Positions 47,080-59,439 of a DNA stretch of 64,000 bases are shown here, one piece after another. The position numbers and the translations under genes were made by a program. The notes beneath the pieces are model-generated. The model made no database searches and was not told where the DNA came from. It was given only the letters and a program-made list of their open reading frames with translations. The stretch is from Macrostomum lignano. Lineage: Eukaryota. The first letter of the stretch is position 1. The number at the start of each line of letters is the position of its first letter. The stretch spans positions 76,912-140,911 of the forward strand of contig NIVC01001153.1 in NCBI GenBank assembly GCA_002269645.1, written 5' to 3'.

Positions 47080-48144
47080 CTCGTTCGCTTTATTTTCCTA
47101 ACGGATCAAAAATGTTTTCATTTCGTCGCTTATTTATTGATGCGTGGAGGCTAAAAAAGCAGAGGGAGAAGCTGACGATCATTTTTTGCTTGAGCTCCGG
47201 CCAATGATTGCCTCTATGCCCATCCAATAAACGGGTGGGCGTTTTTCAAACCATATTTGGATAATAAGATGGAGTTTACTGAGCTAGGAGTGGCTCTGGC
47301 TCTCAGACCCATGCGAATGTGCATCAGACTGTACCTGCTTAGCAACTTACTAACCAATTCCAATAGCTTGATTCTAGAGTCAGTAGCTCAACTCTTTTAA
47401 ACAATAAACTTCCAGTTCCCATCGGTTGCAAACAAAAAGCTGCCCGCCCCGACCGCACCTGCCTTCTTCTTCGCATACGGGCGCCAAGCGTCTCTTCAAC
47501 AGTTTCTGCTGGCTGTATGCGCCTGCAGGTTGAGCCACGCATCAACAACACTAAGAGCTTTTTTAACTCATCGCTTGGATGACTGCGCATATTTAATGAG
47601 AAAAATTGCCACAGCTAGCCATTGCTCTAGAAAAGCGTCAGTCTGAACAGGCAATTTCTGGTCAGCGTTTTTTTCTCTGCCATCCCATGCACAGCTCTGG
47701 GCCATCGGCTCTGTCTAATAATTTGACTTAAGCCCGTCAACGCCGGGTAGGAGAGAGAGAGAAAGAGAGGAAAATACTTCTCGTGATGAAGTGAGTCAGC
47801 GGCGTAGCTAGCAATTAGTCTCTGAGAATTTTTTATAAACCATCCTCTGTCAGAAAAGTTTTAAATTGGCATTAAAACAGAAGCATATGGATGCTTGTAA
47901 CTTCAGTTCGAGTCTCATCCCCAACCATATCTTGAGCACTTGATCATACACTTGGCAAGATTAACCCAACAAGTTCTCCACTGTCTAACCATGCAAAGCT
48001 AGCTATAACTCAAGCGACTGAGCATAAAAGTAGTAAATCCTTGGCCTATGCTGTTTAGTTACCCTTTTTGTTGGTTTAGCGCACAAACTTCAGTTATACT
48101 ACTCGTAGAATATCAGGAACTTAGTCTTCCTAAAAATCCGAAAG

Positions 48145-48451
48145 CTGGGGTCGGCAAACTCAAGTCCAGCCTGCATAGCATCTCAATTTGGCCCCCAGGT
48201 CCTTTGAAACTTCACAATTGCAATTCAGCCCACTTAAGTTTTGTGCTTCTTCTCTGCTCTTTTCTCTCAAATAATTTCTTTTCTCTTCTCTCCTTTCCTC
48301 TCTGAGGCTAGCTATATTCTTTCTTTGCCTCTACTTTTCTTTATCCCTCCTCTATTTTCTGTGACCCTCTTATCTCTTCCCTTCTTTGGCCTACAGTCAT
48401 GCACTAGATTCTCTATCTGGCCTTGGAGGTAAAAAATTTTGCCAACCCCTG
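48145..48451 (+). mobile_element. Charlie-like hAT MITE, decayed
   Basis: Ends CTGGGGTCGGCAAAC / TTTGCCAACCCCTG; internal GGTCCTTTGAAACTTCACAATTGCAAT shared with 57406-57979; CT-rich core. Confidence 0.65.
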
Positions 48452-49353
48452 TTTTAAAGGAACAATAACGCTTATTAACATCGTAGCAAAAATGCACTAC
48501 ATACTACTGCTGATCTTTTGATATAGTAGAAATTCAAGATCAGCTTTGTAGCTTAATACTAAATAGCATTAGTCCAGAACTAACAATGTGTAAACTAAAA
48601 TTTATGATCAAATCCTAAAGGCTACTTGGTAAAAAAAATATCATTAGAAATTAAAGTTTCTGCTTCAAATAAAATAAGAGCCTTTAATGTGCCATACAAT
48701 TATTGACAGAAAGTATTTAAGGTACTTAAGGCTTATTTATGACATCTTGTCTAAGCCTGGTTCTTGAAGTGGAAAGCCTTTTTTGAAAAATAAACTTGTA
48801 GGCAACTATGCAACAAATATTTTTATTTTGAATATTTCTTAAAATAATATTTGTAGTTATTTTTTGTTCAAATTGAGCCAGACTTTAGCATAAATAGATA
48901 TGATTCTCTACCAGAAGATAACTTTTTCCACTTCCACTATTTATAGGTTTTTAACCACTTAAAATAAATAGCCTATTTAGAATAAATATTGAAAATCAAA
49001 TCAAAATTACTTTATTTCTTTGTAAAGTGAGATAAAAGAAACATATACTATATACACTACTAATAAGTAAAATACTGAGATCAGAAGGCAACAATGTAGA
49101 TCAGTCACCTAGATAGGATTCATGTCAAGGGGGGAGGACAGAGACAAAAATCTATCTCCAATGGAAGCAATAGAAGCAAAATACAAAGGCAATAACCTCC
49201 CTTCCCAGGGGGGACTTGTACTTACTGTCCTGCCCATTGGCTACACATCTAATGTAAATCTTGGAGAATAAATATAAAGTACTAAGAAAGTCATGACTTT
49301 CTAATCTTGGTAATGCTTAGAACTAGAAGAAATCTATATGCAATTAAATATAC

Positions 49354-50152
49354 TATGAGGGGCATCCAGAAAGTAGTGTTACTATTACTTGGTGTGGAGG
49401 TATAGAAAGTTGCACTTGCATGAGTTTGGTGTCATTTAAAAGTGGCAAGTCTCTTCTTTAAAATGACACTAATTGTAAGAGATTTGAATGTGCTTCAAAA
49501 GATATGGATAATTAAATAGAGAAAGGTTGGTCATAGACTTATACACAAGCTAAAATTTAAGCTAAAAATAGCATTCAGCTTGAATTTTAATCAATTTTTC
49601 TAACATGCATAAACTGTCTATGGCCAAATTTGATGCAGCAAATGAGAGGGGCTGCCTTAGAAAACTAAGAAAACTTAGACTTAGAACTTAGAAAAACTTG
49701 AGGGTCCTGCTGCAACAGATTTTGAGAACTCTATGCAGATGCCATCGACAAGATGCGAGACCAATGGGAGAAGTGCGTCATGTCTGGTGGTGACTGTGTT
49801 GAGAAGACAACTCTGCCAACCAATAAGTGATTTTAACATTGTTTGCTTGTATAACAATTTTTCTTGTTATCACCTGTTATCACCTGTTTCTTACTGTACT
49901 TTTGTTGTGTTGTTTGGATCTTCTTGGAGTGATTAATAAAAGTTTTCTGCAGACAAAGATTGTAAGTCTATGACCGACCTTTCTCTACTCAACTATCCAT
50001 ATCTCTTGAAGCCCAAATTCAAATCTCTTGCAATTGGTATCATTTTAAAGAAGAGACTTGCCACTTTCAAATGACATCAAACTCATGCAAATGCAACTTT
50101 CCATATGTTTACACTAAGTAATAGTAACACTACTTTCTGGACGCCTCTCATC
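49354..50152 (+). mobile_element. Non-autonomous mariner derivative with long TIRs and a C-terminal transposase remnant
   Basis: ~125-bp inverted arms (49354-49480, 50030-50150); ELYADAIDKMRDQWEKCVMSGGDCVEK at ~49727-49807 matches the mariner C-terminal RW.KC..G.Y.E motif. Confidence 0.8.
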
Positions 50153-50453
50153 TGGACACAAATTATGCAGGATGACAAGGTTGACAATGAGAATTGAACT
50201 TTTACAACTTATAATTTATTTTAAAATTTGTTAAATTTGCTTTTGCAACTTGTTTCAATGAGGCCTCTCTCTATTTAAATACTTTTTTTCACTTTAAAAG
50301 CATTATTTGCATTGTAATTCACTAATACAACAATATTTGCAAATAACAATATCAACTCAACTTGTTTGACTTAAGAATATTTGAATACTAAAACCATAAA
50401 TACTTATATGCTTAATATCTGGCTGATCTAGCTAGTATGATAAGGATCCCAGC

Positions 50454-50727
50454 CATACATGCGCAACCTCCAAAATTCAGTCGGCTGTGCGACTTGGTTT
50501 TTGGCCAAAAATGTGACTTACATATAAAAAAAATCCTAAAGCAAAATTAACGCAACTTTGGGTAAACGGCAGGAGTAACTATGACTGTCTTATTGAGGCA
50601 ACATGCCTCGTCATCCACTTAGTACTACTTGGGTATTTATTCAGGTGGGCATTTTTGCAACTTCCTTGGTTGGCTGCCAAATTGGTTGGCCAGATCGCCC
50701 GACTCGGCCGACTGTTGCGCATGTATG
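50454..50727 (+). mobile_element. hAT-type MITE carrying a 28S rRNA fragment, copy 2 (opposite orientation to copy 1)
   Basis: TIR CATACATGCGCAAC; perfect 8-bp TSD ATCCCAGC (50446-50453, 50728-50735). Confidence 0.9.
50560..50622 (+). other. Captured 28S rRNA fragment, copy 2
   Basis: GGGTAAACGGCAGGAGTAACTATGACTGTCTTATTGAGGCAACATGCCTCGTCATCCACTTAG. Confidence 0.85.
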
Positions 50728-51169
50728 ATCCCAGCCAAGGTAAATAGCAAAAATGCCTAAAAAGATATAGATGTAGTACCAATTAGTATGGAATACAATC
50801 TCTAGATTAGGCCAAAATCACAGGATTCTAAATCCTGGAATCACAATTGTCTAAGATTGTAAAATCCCAAGATTGACCATTGGGGTCCTGATCTCAGTTG
50901 CAATAATTCAATCATTCATTCTGAAGTAGTAGTATCTACAGCCAAGCTAGTTAGGTGAAAATCATCACCTATTTGTCTTGCTTTGATTTATTAATCTTTT
51001 AAGCATGCAGGCTAGTAAGAAGACTAGGGCAAGCAGGGATACAAAACTGAAGGTATTGGCAGATTATATGGAGATGTCCCAGGGCTCTTAATTATTCTTT
51101 TGCCAGCCTTACTAGCTGCCACCAAGCTGTTACAGGGGTTATTCCTTCTTGTTAATATTGCTGGTTATT

Positions 51170-51310
51170 ACCTGTCTTTTACTAGTAGCGCATGTACTTC
51201 TATTGGTAGCGTTTGTACTCTTATTGGTAGCATCTGTACTTTTTACTGCTAGCGTATGTACTCTTATTGGTAGCGTCTGTACTTTTTACTGGTAGCGTAT
51301 GTACTTTTAC
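51170..51310. repeat. Short tandem repeat GTACTTTTACTGGTAGCGT-like (~22 bp)
   Basis: About 6 copies. Confidence 0.75.
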
Positions 51311-54300
51311 TGCACTTTCTGGCCTGAGCGGTCTTCTAGGCACTGTCTATTCTATTCCTATACTCCTCTAAAGGTATTATTCTCAGTCCTGGGCGTTCCC
51401 AGGATCAGAGGGTCACAGCGTACTTTGCTGGGTATTCTGCCCTGAGGCGGGTTTCTCCGACTCTTGAGTCTGGGTTTCTCTACCCTGTGGTAAGATCTCT
51501 GCCTCCTAAAGGCGATTTCTCAGATCCTATCCTAGATCTAGTTGTCTCGTTCACTGAGAACGGGTTGAACTCTCCCAATCTTGGGGCTTCTGATGCTTTC
51601 TAAAATAACTAAGTCAGTGAGTATCGAGCAATATACTAGAACAGTTTTAGGCTTGAAGCCAGCGAAGCACAAGTTGCACAAGTTGCTCTCTTTCTTATTC
51701 GGCTTGTGTATTTATACTCCTCTCGATTTGGTCTTTTAAACAAATAAAATTTCAAAATATTTAAAATATTTACAATATTACTAATATTATACATATTAAA
51801 ACAAAATAGTCTAGTTTCAAATATACTACTTTCTAGGAAACGAACAATGCTAAAATAAGGCCTACCTCAGAGATTTTAGGTGTGTATAACAATGTATATG
51901 CAGCTATATGTATATGGTACTTATAGACTAATGTTATTATTGTTGAAAAAACTTGTAAACAGAGCCTAAAGCCCATACTCCCAAAGATGCTATTTTGTGG
52001 GGAAAATTCTTATGTGCAACAAGGTCCCAGGCAGTTTAGTACCGTATGCATGGTATGCAACAGAGTTGGAAAAGTTTTTTTTCAATGTGTTGCACAATAG
52101 TACCACATTTAAAGTTTTTTTGGTTTTCTATCGCTATAAGAGCTATGAACTTGCCACTATAGCCATATATGCATAACCTTGGGATTCACTTGGCTATTTC
52201 TATTGGCAACACACATATGCAAGTTGCTATTGGCTGAGAGCAGTCATGTGACTACTATTCTATCCAATAGTGACTTATGTGTGTGTCTTGCCAACAGAAA
52301 CAGCTGGGTGAATCCCTAGGTTGTACCCAAGCATGACTATAGCTATGCCTTACTGGATTTTTTAAGGCTTTTAAAAACATTGTGATAGGGGCCTACTTTT
52401 TTAAATAATTATTCTACAATAATTATAAGACACTATGTTTGTATTACTATATGGTAATATATGATTATTTAGGTCACTGCAATATATAAGCATTTCTACA
52501 AGTATTGTTTATCTGCTGTCTCTCATCAATCACAGTGCTATAGCATTTTGGTGGTTATCAATATCATGTTACCTAAGTCTTCTTAATATATATCTTAAGT
52601 ACAGCCTTGTATGCATGGATCATATATAGCAAATACAATTCAAACTAACTGGATTTTTTAAATTAAAGAAACATACCAGTTTAACAAAATAAATACTACT
52701 TTTATTAGAAAAAGAAAATGTTTTGTAGAAAATTTATTATATTGTTATTATAGTATATTACTTTATCTTTTAGGCATGGTACTGAAAATCAATCTACGAT
52801 GCTGAAATGCTTGGGCACTAGAAAGCATGAGCATCAAAAAGCATGTAAACCATCATAGGTTAAGGCCATGTGGCTTGACTATTATAATATAGGCTAGGCA
52901 TATATAGAGAAGTAATTTCTACATCTGTAGACATGCAGACAGAGTTCTTATTTTTATCAGGTATTTCTCATTTTTATTGATAAAGTTCTTTTTATATAAA
53001 ACCCTGGTCCCCATGGCATGGGCCATGGCCTATACATATCATATATAAAAAGGCTTAGGCCCTAACATTGATAAAATAGGTTAGATGAAAGAGCTTGAGC
53101 ATATTGTTAGACATAGTAAATATTTGTTAACATAGCCTTAGGCCTTTATAGTTTATTTTATATGGAAAATGAAAAGCCAAAAGGCTGGTCTTAGTTATTT
53201 AAGCCCCTGCCTGCCCGCTGCCCCTAGGCCTAGGGCCCTAGCCTAGCCAAGCCGAGCGCCGAGCCTATTTAACAAAAACAAAAATGTTACAACAGTGGCT
53301 TGCACTGCTGAATAGTGAATAGGTCTGTTTAATGCCTTATTAATAGTAAATAAAAAAATAATATAAATTTAGCGTTAAGGCAAATGATATGTCCCTGATA
53401 GTGACATTCGTCGACTCTTCAAAGCATGAAAACTCTATTGTCAAAAAATGAGCGCATGTGCAAAATTTAAAACTGTGCGGCTGTTTATTGTTGACGATGA
53501 ATCCAAATCCGGTTGTCTGACTTTCACTAATCAACAATCATGCCAGCTTTTTTATCGATTAGGGCCTAAACTTCGCTTCTATATTTTGAGAAAAAAACTT
53601 TGAATGACGGTAAAAGTATTCAGGAAGTCCATTTAGTAAAAAGTGAAGTGATTTATCAGACTCGAGTCTTTAGATAGCTGCTGGATCTTTGATGTTGATA
53701 ATTTCAAGTGAAAATTTGCCTTGGGCTGTACAGCCATGTAATGTATCATGCCAATTTGCCTCGTAAACACGCAGCATTTGATGCTTTCAGCCCTAGCTGT
53801 CAAAAATTTCGTTTATGAATAAAATAGCAATTATTCCTCGACAAGATTAGGGCTTGCTACATTTCAGCACCTAATTGATGCTTTCCATCATTTCTTTGCA
53901 TCCCATGCATGCCTTGTATTGTCTTTTATAATCACTGCATAAATAATTAGATATTTGCTCTTATACACGTACAGTATGTACCCTGACGTTTATCCATGCT
54001 ACTACACAACTGCAACTAAACTCATACAAAACGTAGTAGCTGTTGCCTGTTATAGTATCCACGCATGTATGAGAGAAATGATCCAGTTGAGTAAAACTTA
54101 AATTAACTTCAACGGTACAGATAGATTTTATTTATATTTTATGACATGCGCATGTATTCTGCTCATTCTCAAATTGCAATTTACACGTAGGAGCGTCAAT
54201 AAAACAGCTAGACTGCAAGTGGGCTGAAATTAAACTTTAAACTTTAAACTTTATGGCCTTTGAGAGAATCACAGTCTTCTTTTATTATGTAGTATGTATA

Positions 54301-54574
54301 TTTTAATAAGTGCATACTTCGCATATTTAGCAAAGGCGATCTATCCGCCGAACGTAATTATGAAAAAGGAATTCTACCGGTACATATAAAAATTTAGCAA
54401 GCTCGTATATGCGAAGGTGAAAGATGCAGAATGCGATGTCCAGGACAGCTAGCTCAAGGAGTAACTTCAGGGAAGAGGGCATGAGCTGCAGCATACGTTG
54501 GGGAGAAGAACAGCGACACACTAAAAGATATGAAACGAGGGCGGAAAAGACCATGAGGGGAAGGACAGCATACA

Positions 54575-55035
54575 GCCACTGAAGGATGTGAGGGGAGGGG
54601 CAGCAGGCACTGAAGGATCTGAGGGGAGGGGCAGCAGGCACTGAAGGATCTGAGGGGAGGGGCAGCAGGCACTGAAGGATCTGAGGGGAGGGGCAGCAGC
54701 CACTGAAGGGTCTGAGGGGAGGGGCAGCAGGCACTGAAGGATCTGAGGGGAGGGGCAGCAGGCACTGAAGGATCTGAGGGGAGGGGCAGCAGGCACTGAA
54801 GGATCTGAGGGGAGGGGCAGCAGGCACTGAAGGATCTGAGGGGAGGGGCAGCAGGCACTGAAGGATCTGAGGGGAGGGGCAGCAGGCACTGAAGGATCTG
54901 AGGGGAGGGGCAGCAGGCACTGAAGGGTCTAAGGGGAGGGGCAGCAGGCACTGAAGGATCTGAGGGGAGAGGCAGCAGGCACTGAAGGGTCTGAGGGGAG
55001 GGGCAGCAGGCACTGAAGGATCTGAGGGGACGCGG
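54575..55035 (+). repeat. G-rich 31-bp minisatellite, locus 4 (3' of the calmodulin-like stop)
   Basis: Same unit as the other three loci. Confidence 0.97.
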
Positions 55036-55163
55036 GCAACAGCAGTACATAAAGCAGCAACCTCAAGTCAAGTCAAAGTCAACATTTTAGCTTAGTCGAG
55101 CCACTGGCACATGAGCACAGAACACGCAGTTCGGTTCGCTGGAAACCACAGGCAGGAAGGTGA

Positions 55164-56950
55164 TCAGCCTTCTTCCTCATCTGAAGGCAGCTGGATGGCC
55201 GCAGTGTTCAGCATGGTGCCAATTGCGTCAACCTGAAGCGCTTCAGCCTCCATGAATAACTTTTCGCCTCCCTGCATCATCTGTTTGAACTCGCGCAGAT
55301 CAATTTTGCCGTCTCCGTCTCTGTCCGCCATCTTGAGCATCTGCTCAACCTCAGCGTCAGTGAGCCGCTCGCCCAGCAGCTGCATCGCCCGCTTCAGGTC
55401 GTCGAAATTGATGAACTCTGCAGCAACGTGGATTAAAAATTACCATAAAGCAGTTTGATGCTATGATTTATTGCCTTTCCTTCACCTAGTTTTTAGGACA
55501 ATCTCTCTTGATCATTCTGTACAGGGTCACCGCTACCCTCCTCTGATCCTCCGCTGCAGGGTCACCGCTACCCTCCTCTGATCCTTCAGTTGGGTCACCG
55601 CTACCCTCCTCTGATCCTCCGCTGCAGGGTCACCGCTACCCTCCTCTGATCCTCCAGTTGGTTCACCGCTACCCTCCTCTGATCCTTCATTTGGGTCACC
55701 GCTACCCTCCTCTGATCCTCCAGTTGGTTCACCGCTACCCTCCTCTGATCCTTCATTTGGGTCACCGCTACCCTCCTCTGATCCTTCATTTGGGTCACCG
55801 CTACCCTCCTCTGATCCTTCAGTTGGTTCACCGCTACCCTCCTCTGATCCTTCATTTGGGTCACCGCTACCCTCCTCTGATCCTTCATTTGGTTCACCGC
55901 TACCCTCCTCTGATCCTTCATTTGGGTCACCGCTACCCTCCTCTGATCCTTCATTTGGGTCACCGCTACCCTCCTCTGATCCTTCAGTTGGTTCACCGCT
56001 ACCCTCCTCTGATCCTTCATTTGGGTCACCGCTACCCTCCTCTGATCCTTCATTTGGGTCACCGCTACCCTCCTCTGATCCTTCATTTGGGTCACCGCTA
56101 CCCTCCTCTGATCCTTCAGTTGGTTCACCGCTACCCTCCTCTGATCCTTCATTTGGGTCACCGCTACCCTCCTCTGATCCTTCATTTGGGTCACTGCTAC
56201 CCTCCTCTGATCCTTCAACGTGTGCCACTACATTCTACGAGTGTATTAAAGCACATGACAGCTCGTACAAAACCATTTGATGCAGAAACTGATGCAGTTA
56301 ATCTTTGAAAATTGATTTAGCAATTAAGCCTAGGTACTCAATGAATTGAACTCACTGTCGCCATCCAAATCGAACTGTCTGAAGGCTTCCAGAACTTCCG
56401 CATCCGGTACCGAGTCCGTCACTCGATGCTTCATCACGTGCTTGAACTCGTCAAAGTCCACTGTTCCATTGCCGTCTTTGTCGATTTCTTGGATCATTTT
56501 CTGAAAGATTGATTAGCGGTAATTTGGTTGCTGGGGACGCCAAATAGAAGGTTTGGCGCGCCAATTTGGTTGGTAGGGACGTCGCTAAGAGTGCCTTGAG
56601 CGCCAATTTCGGTTGCTAGGGACGCCAATTAGAGTGCATAGAGCGCCAATTTGGTTGGTAGGGACGTCGCTAAGAGTGCCTTGAGCGCCAATTTTGGTTG
56701 CTAGGAGCACCAATTAGAGGGCTTGGAGCGCCAATTTCGGTTGCTAGGGAGTACCAATTATTCTAATTGCTCAACAGTCTCCTGTCACCTTGAGCTCATC
56801 GTCAGACGGTTTGAAACCGAAGGCGCGCATCGCATTCTCCAGCTCCTTGATGGTGATGTCCCCGCTGCCGTCTTCGTCGAACAGGGAGAATGCTTCGCGT
56901 AGCTCCTCGATCTGCTCATCTGTCAGCTCGTCGTCGCTGTCCGTTGCCAT
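55164..56950 (-). CDS. Calmodulin-like 4-EF-hand protein (~186 aa) with acidic C-terminal extension
   Basis: Exons 56950-56789, 56500-56356, 55417-55164. [68 protein letters not shown]. Too divergent to be canonical calmodulin. Confidence 0.92.
55530..56218. repeat. Intronic minisatellite, 33-bp unit GGGTCACCGCTACCCTCCTCTGATCCTTCATTT
   Basis: About 21 copies; reverse complement shares TGAAGGATC.GAGG with the G-rich family. Confidence 0.96.
56520..56760. repeat. Intronic tandem repeat (~40 bp) with GGTTGCTAGG / GGTTGGTAGG cores
   Basis: About 6 units filling intron 1 of the calmodulin-like gene. Confidence 0.85.
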
Positions 56951-56956
56951 GGCAAC
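56943..56956. promoter_or_regulatory. Perfect palindromic RFX X-box overlapping the calmodulin-like start codon
   Basis: GTTGCCATGGCAAC; function untested. Confidence 0.5.
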
Positions 56957-57405
56957 TAATATAGATTAACAATAAATTCAGTATGTTTCAATTTACAATT
57001 ATAAAGTAGAAGTTTTCTTTCTAATACAGACGCAAAGAAACTGTACGTGCTTGCGATGCCTAGCGATGCCAAATAGAACAGGACTACTTATGCCCGCCCG
57101 CTGGGGTGCCAGTTAAGCACCCAGCCTTTACCCCGACTCGGCTTGCCATACATAAAGCGCCCAATCTTGCCTTGAAAGCCGCTGGCCCAATGAAATGAAA
57201 TGAGCAAACGGTGCTTTGAGATTTGAGAGATGCGACTTAGCAGTAGAAGCGACACTATTGTATTGTTATAATATGCGCTATAAAATTCGTTTGAGCAGAT
57301 ACGGCAAATGCGTTGTTGGCAACACTTCTAGTCTACGGTCTTGCATCTCTCTGTATAGTGCCCCAGTTCGTGGCTTCTATCGTGCATTAATATATCAGTC
57401 TAAAA

Positions 57406-57784
57406 TAGGGGTCGGTTGATTTCCTTACCTCAATGGGCCGGAAATCTAAAGCATGACTGCGCGGGCCAGAGGAGGGAAGAGAGGACATGGTCAGAGGAAA
57501 TCTAGTGAGTATAGTAGAGAGATAGAAGAAAGGAGAGGCGAGGAAATAAAGGAGAGGAGAGGAGAGACAAAATAGGAGACAATAGGGGAGAGGACAGTGG
57601 AGAGGAGAGGAAATAAGGGAGAGGGGAGTAGAGAAGAGAAGAGGAGAGGAGAGGGGAGGAGAGGAGAGGAGAGGAGAGGAGAGGAGAGGAGAGGAGAGGA
57701 GAGGAGAGGAGAGGAGAGGAGAGGAGAGGAGAGAAAGGAGAGAAGGGAGAGGAGGGAGAGGAGAGGAGAGAAAAGAGATTATTG

Positions 57785-57855
<71 letters not shown>

Positions 57856-57979
57856 GAGAAGAGATGAGCCCTGAGCTGTGGCAGGATTGCAATTGTGAAG
57901 TTCTAAAGGACCCGAGGGCCGGATAGAAGAGGCTTCGCGGGCCATATGTGGTCCTCGGGCCTGAGTTTGTCATTCCCCG
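57406..57979 (-). mobile_element. Charlie-like hAT MITE with an expanded (GA)n/(GAGAG)n core
   Basis: Ends TAGGGGTCGG / ATTCCCCG; TSD GTCTAAAA/GCTTAAAA (6/8); homologous to 48145-48451. Confidence 0.7.
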
Positions 57980-58067
57980 GCTTAAAAGAATAACGATGAT
58001 ACACTCTAAGAGTGTTAGAATGGCTGAAAAATAGCTGATGAATACGCACGACCTTCCAACGCTCAGC

Positions 58068-58275
58068 GGGGGGGGGGCAAGAGCAACTCAACCGCAAACG
58101 CGTCTGACTTGCGCGCCAAGGTTCTTGGTTCGATTCCGTGCGGGGATTAACATTGGCGGGGGAATGTCGTGCGATCCACACCCAACCCCAAGTCACAGAG
58201 AGAGTACATGCCTCACGATTAGACAGTCAGGGCTTCTGTGCACCCTGTGTGAGCGTGTGTACAAGTGCTGTGCCA
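58068..58275 (+). mobile_element. tRNA-derived SINE, second family
   Basis: Perfect B-box GGTTCGATTCC (58127-58137); 3' body recurs at 14045 and 60130. Confidence 0.7.
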
Positions 58276-58304
58276 CAGTACAGTACCGTATCAAAATCAC
58301 TCTG

Positions 58305-58600
58305 ATACTGGTTGGCTGGTAATCTGTCTAACAGGTTGGTTGGTAATCTGTCTAACAGGTTGGATGGTAATCTGTCTAACAGGTTGGCTGGTAATCTGTC
58401 TAACAGGTTGGTTGGTAACCTGTCTAACAGGTTGGTTGGTAATCTGTCTAACAGGTTGATTGGTAATCTGTCTAACACGTTGATTGATAATCTGTCTAAC
58501 AGGTTGATTGATAATCTGTCTAACAGATTGGCTGGTAATCTGTCTAACAGGTTGGTTGATAGTCTGTCTAACAGGTTGGTTGGTAATCTGTCTAACAATT
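58305..58600. repeat. Minisatellite, 24-bp unit TAATCTGTCTAACAGGTTGGTTGG
   Basis: About 12 copies. Confidence 0.93.
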
Positions 58601-59439
58601 TTGCTGGTTATTTGAGTAGTTTTACACTGTCTAACAGAAGCATAGATTGGCCTTAGAGCAGCAGTTTCAGTGACATGTGCTTTTTCAACCCCTAATCAAT
58701 TCCTTGTAGGCTAGCCAACGCATAATTAAAGTCAATTCCTGCAGTACAGCGGCTGTCCACACAGAGGGTCCGTCTACAAGTAGGACCTCCTCTACTCTTT
58801 GAATTTAATTAGTGAAACTTAAATTATAAGCAAACAGTGTGTTTGGGTTTAGCATACATGATGAACTGTTAAACACGACACTGCAGAGCCGTCTCTATCC
58901 GGTGAATGAAGCCTGCGTCTTCTGGTTCTTCGGCTCTGCTCACAGCTTGCCGAACTAGGTAGCTGTGGCTACATCTAGTAGTATCGATAGCTTTTTTAGT
59001 TGGCAGGATGGCTACAAAGATTGCATGCGAATGCGGACTGTCTTACGAATGCACATTATAAATTGAGCGTATATTCAAATATATTTCTTGTTTTAATGCG
59101 CTGTTGAACTAGCAGAGTAATACGTATAAAACTTTAAGAAAAAAATTTGGTCTTCTTATAAAAAAAAATTGGAAGCATATACTCGTACACTCGTAGAGCA
59201 GGAATAGGGATTGATCTGTATTTAGACTTGGTTGTTCGGCAGTACCGTATTATTCTTGGTAGAAAATAAGGTTGATTTCTATATAAAACTTACTGTAAAT
59301 CTTTTCGATTCGAATTTTGGACGGAATATTTCGAGTTATTCGCAATGACCGGCATTTAAATATTACTTAGACTCACGGTGGAGAGAGTTCTATCAGATAG
59401 CTATAGAGGTACAGTGAGTACTATTATTATTAACGTTGT

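Noticed and set aside
47339-47590. 83-aa ORF upstream of the zinc-finger gene
   Set aside because: No motif or clear splice support; likely UTR or intergenic
55533-56308. [11 protein letters not shown] repeat protein (231 aa)
   Set aside because: 33-bp unit is a multiple of three and so stays open by chance; it lies in an intron whose flanking EF-hand exons join correctly
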